A DNA stretch of 64,000 nucleotides from Candidatus Heimdallarchaeota archaeon (GTDB taxonomy: Archaea; Asgardarchaeota; Heimdallarchaeia; JABLTI01), in assembly GCA_019056785.1 (NCBI GenBank), contig DXJV01000085.1, positions 16,476-80,475 on the forward strand, given 5' to 3'. Below, piece after piece: positions 56,944 through 64,000 of this stretch; within the stretch, counting starts at the first letter, position 1, and each line of letters starts with the position of its first letter. Position numbers and translations under genes: made by a program. The notes under the pieces were generated by a model. That model saw only the letters and a list, made by a program, of their open reading frames with translations. It was not told the origin of the DNA and searched no databases.

Positions 56944-59169
56944 ATGATTTATCGCTTTTCTCATCGAAAAAGAAGGGAGCAAAAGAGACATTCGACTGTT
57001 TTTTTGCTTTGTTGTTTGTTTCTTTTCTCTATAACGAGTTTGTTAGTGAGCAATGGTCCTTGCGCTGCTTCTAGCGTTCAGGGCGTTGCTGAAGTCCTTT
57101 TTTGCTCTGAACATTTGTTTGTCCTACCTGAAAAAGAAGTGTGGCTTTTCTCTCAAGATAGCTTGGTCTGTGCTTCTTTCTCCCCCTTTAAAGCTGGTGT
57201 CGGCCAAGAAATCCCTGACTGGTCATCCGGCGGTCCTCTCGACTCTTACGAGGATACTTCCATGCTTTCCTATCTTGGTCTAGATTATATTCGTACCAAC
57301 ATTAATCCAAGTGTAACGCCCACTGTCGTTATTTTCGATCAGTTGGTTGATTATACCCACCCTGCGTTAAAGCCTGTTGTTGATATGGTTGTGACAATTG
57401 ATAATAATGGTGACTACAAAGACTATCATAAAGCTCAGCTTAATTACATGGATCCTTATAATATTTCAGACCCATTATATGCTTATTTACATCATCAGAA
57501 TTTTTATGGTCATGGCACGCATGTTGCGGGGATAGTGCATCAAATAGCACCTAATGCGAGTATAATTTCTGTTGCACATAAATCGTTACCTCCATGGGGG
57601 TATAATACCGTTGTCCATGCTTTCTTGGACTGGTTGGATGGTGCCAAAGATTCGTATGGTTCTCTAATTGTGAGCATTAGTGAAGGGTGGAACTCTGATC
57701 AGCTAGACATTCCTGGGATTTCGAGTAAATTCCGCGCTCTTGCTGCTTCAGGAAAAGTTCTTTTTGTTTTAGCTGCTGGTAATGAAGCTGCGAATGAACC
57801 TACCAATGGTGATCTTATTTATCCTGCAGAGCTTGCGAATGATTGGCATCGACAAGAACCGTTTCGAGATGAGCGCTATTGCGTTGCTGATAAAGTTGAT
57901 ATTGATGGTGGACCGATCTATGCGAACGGTATTCTCAGTGTTAGTTCGGTGTATGATGAAGGCGTTAATACTGGTAAGCGTAAGGACAGTTATGTTTATG
58001 ATAAAGATGCCGATGGCGACTTGCAGCTCATGGCACCGGGCTTTGATATTCTCTCTACCTTTCCTGTGAATAACAGCATTAACCCTGATAGAACCTATAG
58101 TGCTGTGATGTCTGGTACGAGCATGGCTACTCCTATTGTTGCTGGTATTGCTGCGCTATATAGCTCTCTTTATCTTCAGATTAGTACCTTTGCAGTTGAG
58201 CGTGACTTGCTTCAAACAGCACATTATGATGCGAATGTTCCCTATGATCCAACAATAGAGGTAGAACGCATTGAGCTTCAGAAACGCTATGGTCTCGGAA
58301 TGATAAATCCTTTTGAGCTTTTTGGCTTTGAGTCGCTTGACCGTGATAACGATGGCTTATTTGATACCCTTGAATTATATAAATATCATACCAATCCTCG
58401 AACTGCAGATAGCGATAACGATGGTTTGACAGATAAAGAAGAGGTTCTTCTTTGGCAAGATGGCTTTCAAACTGATCCTAACAACCCTGATTCTGATAGT
58501 GATGGTTTACTAGATGGTGAAGAATTTTCTTATGGTTGTAATCCTCTCACCCCTGATACTGATGGTGACGGACTGACAGATTATTATGAAATTACTTCCT
58601 CTAATACTGATCCTACTAAGGTTGACACTGATGCTGACAGCTTGACTGACTACGATGAGTGTGAAGTCTATTCTACCAATCCCCTCTTAAAAGATACCGA
58701 TGGCGACAACTGGGAAGATGCATATGAGCTCTTTACAACAGGAACGAGCCCTATAAAGAGCGATACTGATGCTGATGGCTTACTTGATAGTTCGGAGTTC
58801 TCTATCTGGCGGTCTCTAGGCTATTCATATAGCACCAGTTATAGTTATTGTCTGAAAAAGGATGTGGATAATGATGGACTCTCTGATGGCTACGAGTACA
58901 ACCACGGTCTTAAACCTGACGACAGCGATACAGACAATGATGGCATGCCAGATGGTTATGAAGTTGCTCATGGTCTCAATCCTAAAGTGAATGATGCCAA
59001 CTTTGATAAAGATGGTGATGGGCTAACAAATCATTACGAATATCAACTCGGCACAGAACCAGACAATAGCGATACTGATGGTGATGGCTACTCTGACAGC
59101 TGGGAGCTTGCCAATGGTTATAATCCCCTTGATGCTACGAGTAAACCCGGTGGCATCGGCTTCTGGTAA
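56944..59169 (+). CDS. S8 subtilisin-like serine peptidase with C-terminal thrombospondin type-3-like Ca-binding repeats
   Basis: [26 protein letters not shown]; more than 10 D-x-D-x-D-G-L/M repeats. Confidence 0.9.
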   Translation: MIYRFSHRKRREQKRHSTVFLLCCLFLFSITSLLVSNGPCAASSVQGVAEVLFCSEHLFVLPEKEVWLFSQDSLVCASFSPFKAGVGQEIPDWSSGGPLDSYEDTSMLSYLGLDYIRTNINPSVTPTVVIFDQLVDYTHPALKPVVDMVVTIDNNGDYKDYHKAQLNYMDPYNISDPLYAYLHHQNFYGHGTHVAGIVHQIAPNASIISVAHKSLPPWGYNTVVHAFLDWLDGAKDSYGSLIVSISEGWNSDQLDIPGISSKFRALAASGKVLFVLAAGNEAANEPTNGDLIYPAELANDWHRQEPFRDERYCVADKVDIDGGPIYANGILSVSSVYDEGVNTGKRKDSYVYDKDADGDLQLMAPGFDILSTFPVNNSINPDRTYSAVMSGTSMATPIVAGIAALYSSLYLQISTFAVERDLLQTAHYDANVPYDPTIEVERIELQKRYGLGMINPFELFGFESLDRDNDGLFDTLELYKYHTNPRTADSDNDGLTDKEEVLLWQDGFQTDPNNPDSDSDGLLDGEEFSYGCNPLTPDTDGDGLTDYYEITSSNTDPTKVDTDADSLTDYDECEVYSTNPLLKDTDGDNWEDAYELFTTGTSPIKSDTDADGLLDSSEFSIWRSLGYSYSTSYSYCLKKDVDNDGLSDGYEYNHGLKPDDSDTDNDGMPDGYEVAHGLNPKVNDANFDKDGDGLTNHYEYQLGTEPDNSDTDGDGYSDSWELANGYNPLDATSKPGGIGFW
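58336..59140 (+). repeat. Coding tandem repeats (TSP3-like DxDxDG units of ~19-24 aa)
   Basis: Recurrent GAT/GAC-rich units inside the S8 gene. Confidence 0.8.
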
Positions 59170-59220
59170 TCATTTTCCTCTTTTTTTTTCTCTTTTTCCA
59201 AAAGATCTCTTCTATTTTTT

Positions 59221-59616
59221 CTATCTTAGTAATTGGAGATGTGTTTTTTTCCGTACAAAAATAACTGGCACACCCTTTTTTCTTAGCTTCTTTTTCAAAT
59301 CTTTGTCATTTGTGACAACTACTTTTTCTGGTGGTTCTTTGGTGGCATAAGCAATTATTTTTTCATCTGTTGTTGGAATTGTTTCAGGGTTGTAATTGAT
59401 GACTGTTATTTTCTTTCTCAATTTTTCAAGAAACAAAAGGTGTTTTTTCATTTTCATTTCTCTTTTCGCTAGAATCTCGAGTTCAGCGATACAGGCTGAA
59501 AGTATTACAACGTTGAACTCTTGGGTAAGTAGCCGTTCTAATTCAAAATTCAGGTTAAACTTTCCCTCTGAAAGGTAAATAATAATATTAGTATCTAAAA
59601 TTACTTCCAAGGGCAA
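59221..59616 (-). CDS. PIN-domain ribonuclease (Utp24/Fcf1-like)
   Basis: ILDTNII, TDEKI, VVTNDKDLK, GVPVIF; canonical position downstream of aIF2 gamma. Confidence 0.88.
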   Translation of the reverse strand: MPLEVILDTNIIIYLSEGKFNLNFELERLLTQEFNVVILSACIAELEILAKREMKMKKHLLFLEKLRKKITVINYNPETIPTTDEKIIAYATKEPPEKVVVTNDKDLKKKLRKKGVPVIFVRKKTHLQLLR

Positions 59617-59656
59617 CTTTCATCTTCCCCCTTTTTTGCTGAAGAAAAAAAGCCGT

Positions 59657-61096
59657 TTATTGGATGATGCCAAATCCAATAAGCCTAAAGCGTTCATGTA
59701 TTCGTCGTGATATCGCAACTCTAGTGCCGGCTTCTGCAGCAACGGGACGTGCTAATCGCACAGTAACAATATTGCCTTTCTTAATATTCGTAACCACTCC
59801 CAAAGTAATAGCGGTCCAAACATTTAGCATTAATTGTTCATTAATCGCCAGGTTTTTTACTTTGGTTTTTTCAGACATACCAACAACGTAATCCATCAAG
59901 TTTGCTTGAAAGGTTAATTCTTCAAGAACAGGAGGAAGTTTGCCGGGCTTTCCAATAATGTTCCCAACAAGGTTATCAGAACGAGTATAGGCAGGGTCAA
60001 TTTCCGTGCCGATAGACATTAATCCCCCTGGCTTTGCTTCGCGTACTTTCCCGAGAGTGCCTGCATGAATGCTGGTAATCCGAGTTCTAATGGGGACATA
60101 TTTCTTACCGAAACGAGTGCCGGGGATAATTTCAATCTCATCACCTTCTCGTAAGACACCCTGAAGAATGGACCCGCCTAAAACACCGCCTAAAAGGTTT
60201 TCTGGGGGTGTGCCGGGTTTGTTCACTTCAAATGAACGGGCAACAAACATCCGTGGATCTTTCTTCTCATCTCTTTTCGGAGTTTTAATAACCTCTTCTA
60301 TGGTTTTAATTAAAACATCTAAATTAGCGCCATGAACTGCACTCATTGGAATGATAGGAGCATTTTCAGCAACGGTACCCTTGACAAAGTTTTTGATTTC
60401 CTGATAATTCTTCAGTGCTTGTTCTTCAGAGACAAGTTCCACCTTATTTTGAACGATAATAATATTTTGAATACCAACAGCATCCATTGCAGCAAGATGC
60501 TCTCTTGTCTGTGCTTGAGGACATTTTTCATTGGCAGCAATAACGAGAATAGCGCCATCAAAAATTGCTGCTCCAGTAAGCAGCGTTGCCATTAAAACTT
60601 CGTGCCCTGGGGCATCAACAAAAGAAATACGCCTCGAGACTTTCGTTTCAGACCCACAATGGGGGCAAATTGTTTGTGTTGTCCACTTTTGAGGGTCTGG
60701 GCATTTTGTGCAGTAACGAATATCCGTATCGGCATACCCTAATCGAATAGTGATGCCTCGTTTTAATTCTTCAGAATGTGTGTCAGGAAAGGTGCCAGTA
60801 AGAGCTTTCACTAAGGTTGACTTGCCATGATCAACATGACCAATTGTTCCAATATTGATTTCTGCTTGTTTGCCAGTAGAATAAGCTTCTTCTTCTTCTT
60901 CTCCCTTGTTCTCCACTTCCGTTTTTTTCGTTGTAGCTGTCTTTGCCTTGGTCTTCTTTTCTTTCGTAGGTTCTTTCTTTTGTTTCTTCACTGCTGCGGT
61001 TGGAGCAGTAGTTGTTTTACTACTCGCAGTTTCAACAACAGCTTTCTCGACTTTTTGCTCTTCATCTAGTTTGGAAGTGGTTTTCTTGCTACTCAA
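59657..61096 (-). CDS. eif2g: Translation initiation factor 2 subunit gamma
   Basis: QAEINIGTIGHVDHGKST, EELKRGITIRLGYA, DAPGHE, RSFEVNKPG, FRLIGFG. Confidence 0.96.
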   Translation of the reverse strand: MSSKKTTSKLDEEQKVEKAVVETASSKTTTAPTAAVKKQKKEPTKEKKTKAKTATTKKTEVENKGEEEEEAYSTGKQAEINIGTIGHVDHGKSTLVKALTGTFPDTHSEELKRGITIRLGYADTDIRYCTKCPDPQKWTTQTICPHCGSETKVSRRISFVDAPGHEVLMATLLTGAAIFDGAILVIAANEKCPQAQTREHLAAMDAVGIQNIIIVQNKVELVSEEQALKNYQEIKNFVKGTVAENAPIIPMSAVHGANLDVLIKTIEEVIKTPKRDEKKDPRMFVARSFEVNKPGTPPENLLGGVLGGSILQGVLREGDEIEIIPGTRFGKKYVPIRTRITSIHAGTLGKVREAKPGGLMSIGTEIDPAYTRSDNLVGNIIGKPGKLPPVLEELTFQANLMDYVVGMSEKTKVKNLAINEQLMLNVWTAITLGVVTNIKKGNIVTVRLARPVAAEAGTRVAISRRIHERFRLIGFGIIQ

Positions 61097-61103
61097 AACG
61101 CAT

Positions 61104-61490
61104 CTATTCTCCGGTAGTTATTAATTCTTCGATTTTCTTTTTACCTGCTTGAACAATTTTCATGTTTATCTGGTAGATATCATCACTAATAGTGTTTCCT
61201 CTCACCAATTTCCTTTGCTTCTCGCCTTTCTTCTTAATTCTAAATCCTTGGCTTCGAGTGCTAAGAATGCGTTTTCGAATGGGCCCTTCAAGGTTAGAGC
61301 GCATAGGAAAGCCATCTTTGTCGCTTCCACCGGTGATCTTGAAGATGTAACCTGGAAAGCCAATTTGGCCACCATCGATTTCTTCGCTGATTCTTTTGCC
61401 GATGAGAATGTTTGCTTTAGCACCTTCGATAATTGTCTTATGTGTTTTTCCCGTCTCGGGGTTGCCAATATTCAGTTGGAATTTTGCCAC
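61104..61490 (-). CDS. rps6e: 30S ribosomal protein S6e
   Basis: KITGGSDKDGFPM, RKLVRGNTIS, QINMKI. Confidence 0.96.
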   Translation of the reverse strand: MAKFQLNIGNPETGKTHKTIIEGAKANILIGKRISEEIDGGQIGFPGYIFKITGGSDKDGFPMRSNLEGPIRKRILSTRSQGFRIKKKGEKQRKLVRGNTISDDIYQINMKIVQAGKKKIEELITTGE

Positions 61491-61644
61491 CTTGATTTCT
61501 CCTAGTATAGTTATTAGAGACCATTAAATAATTTTATCTCAAATTTCTCTGTTCGATTTCGGTTTTTTGAAGTTTATAATTTTATTGATTGTTCTTTCAA
61601 GCCTAAATCGATTTAAAAATTTCACTATTAATAGTTTTTCAAGC

Positions 61645-62574
61645 TCAGGGTTGCTGCAGAAAATTCTCGAGAATTTTTAACAGCGAAGTCTTTGTGTGAA
61701 GAATCTCTTGAATTGCCGGCATGTATTTTTTCAGCACAAGTGGAATGACTTTCCCATCAAATAATGTTTTAATAGCCAGTAGCTGGTCGCGGCTTTTGGC
61801 TGCGGCTTCGAATTTTTCCTCAGCTATTTCTCTTTCCATTATTCTCTCGAGTTTCTTAATTGTTTCCACACCTTGGTGCTCCAATTGCTCGATAAAGAGT
61901 TGTACTTGATATAAATAGGCAGCTATTTGGTCAGGTCGTTTACAAGGGGCCATACATTGATTAAAAGCACCTTTAAAGCAATGAGGGCTTTTGCCTTTTT
62001 TAAGGGGTTTAGCATAGTCACAAAGGGGAATGATCCGTAAAAAACCTGTCAACGCTGTTTGAATATTTGTGCCAACATTGAAAGGACCAAAAATATACGA
62101 ATTGGTTTGAGAAACTTGCCGGGTAATTATAACTCGTGGGATTGCTTCCCCAAGGGTAACCTCAATCAATGGGTATTCCCAGGTCATTTGGTTTAACGGC
62201 GGTTTGATTGCTGCAATTAAACTCCCTTCGAGCGTAAATGCTTCCTCGCTACTCTCGGTGATAATGTATTTTATTGTCCGAGTAAGTTGTATTATTTGTC
62301 TTTTCTTTTTCAATTCTTTATTATAACGCAAAACCGGTGATTTTTCAAGATACTCGAGAGTATAGTCCCAAGTGGCTTTTGGTTTGGTCATTTTCTGCCG
62401 TTTACTAACATTGTAAACTTTCTGAAATTGTCGTTCCTTACGCTTGCTGAAATGATCGCAAACACGTTTTTTCAAATTCACGCTTTTCCCGATGTAAAGA
62501 ATTTCATCTTGGTCGTCAAAAAAGAAATAGACGCCGGGTTTTTCAGGAAGAGTTTCTAGTTCGGCTTTATCCAT
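61645..62574 (-). CDS. GIY-YIG endonuclease, UvrC N-terminal half (Cho-like) with UVR domain
   Basis: PEKPGVY...ILYIGKSVNLKKRV, LEGSLI...PPLN, FGPF, Cys cluster, EKFEAAAKSRDQ. Confidence 0.85.
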   Translation of the reverse strand: MDKAELETLPEKPGVYFFFDDQDEILYIGKSVNLKKRVCDHFSKRKERQFQKVYNVSKRQKMTKPKATWDYTLEYLEKSPVLRYNKELKKKRQIIQLTRTIKYIITESSEEAFTLEGSLIAAIKPPLNQMTWEYPLIEVTLGEAIPRVIITRQVSQTNSYIFGPFNVGTNIQTALTGFLRIIPLCDYAKPLKKGKSPHCFKGAFNQCMAPCKRPDQIAAYLYQVQLFIEQLEHQGVETIKKLERIMEREIAEEKFEAAAKSRDQLLAIKTLFDGKVIPLVLKKYMPAIQEILHTKTSLLKILENFLQQP

Positions 62575-62827
62575 ATTCTATCGCACCAAGCATATTGTCG
62601 ATTCCCTTGTCAACTTATTAAAAAGCTATTTCCCTTCTTTGGTTAAAGAAGCGTTGTGAGTGAGAGAGAGAACTGAAAATAAAAAAGAAAAGGCTCTTAA
62701 GGGCAAGTCGTGCTTTATTTACAATTAATTCAGTTGCTCCAACAATTTTATTAAGAAGCAACCTTGAGTTTTTTGCAGACAACTTTTTGGAGAAAAACGA
62801 CAAACTAATTAATGGAGAAGATTTGTT

Positions 62828-64000
62828 ATGCCAAGTTCAAAAGAATTAATCGAAATGGATACAACTTATGGCGCACATAATTATCACCCCATCCCTGTTG
62901 TTATTTCGAAAGCAGAAGGGGTGTGGGTCTACGACCCGGAAGGGCGAAAGTATCTCGATTGCCTTTCGGCTTACTCTAGTCATAACACAGGCCATCGACA
63001 TCCAGAAATTATTAAGGCTTTGAAAGAGCAAGCAGATAGGGTAACCCTTACTTCCAGAGCTTTTTGTAACGACAAAATGGGTCCTTTTTTGAAGAAATTG
63101 TGTGAAGTAATGACGCCTTATGTTAATGATCCCAAGAAATCCGGAATTATGGCTCTACCAATGAATACAGGCGCAGAGGCTGTAGAAACAGGTTTGAAAG
63201 TTGCCAGAGCGTGGGGTTATATTAAAAAGAAGGTGCCAAAAGGTGAAGCGAAAATCATTGTTTGCCGAAACAATTTCCATGGTCGTACCATTACAATTGT
63301 TGGCTTTAGTACCGACATCAGCCATGGTAGATACTTTGGCAATTTTGGTCCCTTTACACCCGGCTTTACAGCAGTAACATATGGTGATGCGGAAGAATTG
63401 GAGAATACCATTCTTGAATTAGGTCCTGAAAAGGTTGTTGCTTTTCTTGTGGAACCAATACAAGGTGAAGCAGGTGTTATTGTTCCAAAAGAGGGCTATT
63501 TGAAGAAAGTTCGCGAGATATGCTCTAAATATAATGTCTTGATGATTGCCGATGAAATACAGACCGGTCTAGGCAGGACAGGAAAGTTATTCGCTTGTGA
63601 GCATGAAAATGTTCAACCAGATATGTTCCTCCTCGGGAAAGCCCTTGGTGGTGGTGTGTACCCGGTCTCAGCAGTTGTAACTACAACTGATATTATTGGC
63701 CCTGAGGTCATCACGCCTGGTGTTCATGGGTCCACTTTTGGTGGCAACCCCTTGGGCTCTGCTGTGGCAATAAAATCACTCGAAGTTATTATCGGTGAAA
63801 AATTGGCAGAGCGGGCAGCAGAAATAGGCAACTACTTTATGGAAGGCTTAAGGAAAATCGCAGCAAAGAAGACAAAGATCCCCTTCGTAGACGTCCGCGG
63901 AAAAGGCTTGTTAATTGCCATCGAACTTGACGGTGAAGCACGACCATTCACGGAAGCATTGAAAGAAAAAGGCATCTTGGCAAAAGAAACTCATGCAACA
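62828..64000 (+). CDS. rocD: Ornithine aminotransferase (class III PLP), runs off the window end
   Basis: Manual translation from the ATG at 62828: YGAHNYHPIPVV, YLDCLSAYS, LTSRAF, PMNTGAEAVE, NFHGRT, EPIQGEAG, ADEIQTGLGRTG, LGKALGGG, HGSTFGGNP. Confidence 0.92.
   Translation, partial: MPSSKELIEMDTTYGAHNYHPIPVVISKAEGVWVYDPEGRKYLDCLSAYSSHNTGHRHPEIIKALKEQADRVTLTSRAFCNDKMGPFLKKLCEVMTPYVNDPKKSGIMALPMNTGAEAVETGLKVARAWGYIKKKVPKGEAKIIVCRNNFHGRTITIVGFSTDISHGRYFGNFGPFTPGFTAVTYGDAEELENTILELGPEKVVAFLVEPIQGEAGVIVPKEGYLKKVREICSKYNVLMIADEIQTGLGRTGKLFACEHENVQPDMFLLGKALGGGVYPVSAVVTTTDIIGPEVITPGVHGSTFGGNPLGSAVAIKSLEVIIGEKLAERAAEIGNYFMEGLRKIAAKKTKIPFVDVRGKGLLIAIELDGEARPFTEALKEKGILAKETHAT

Noticed and set aside
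58336-59140. CRISPR-like or non-coding DNA repeat array
   Set aside because: The repeats are degenerate at DNA level and in frame; they encode TSP3-like Ca-binding motifs.

Overview
Chromosomal segment of an archaeon, most likely an Asgard (Heimdallarchaeia-like) lineage. This is inferred from archaeal information-processing genes (aIF2 alpha + nop10, aIF2 gamma + rps6e + PIN, archaeal AsnRS, ASH-Ski2 helicase, tRNA-Gly) together with eukaryote-signature folds (longin, roadblock, Arf-like). Most of the window is housekeeping and amino-acid/sugar metabolism (acdB, pyk, tdh/kbl, a proline-dehydrogenase-like pair, rocD), many SAM methyltransferases and secreted proteases. All family calls are by-eye motif recognition; no searches were run. 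Highlights: (1) a six-gene minus-strand cluster at 37961-44455 that appears to combine a very divergent PrkA/YeaG-like AAA+, YeaH-like VWA and SpoVR-like triad with a P-loop-dead Arf-like GTPase, a HEAT-repeat protein and a roadblock protein. This is the best candidate for an undescribed system. (2) An AT-rich, three-gene Mokosh-like helicase/PLD defence operon at the left edge. (3) A ~7TM-longin-methyltransferase fusion. (4) A candidate ODR-4/MPN-like eukaryotic signature protein. (5) A divergent EF-1alpha paralogue with eRF3/HBS1-like switch residues, near a Ski2-like helicase. (6) An unannotated C/D-box-like sRNA. (7) An orphan ParM/MamK-like actin. I saw no CRISPR array, integrase or transposase.
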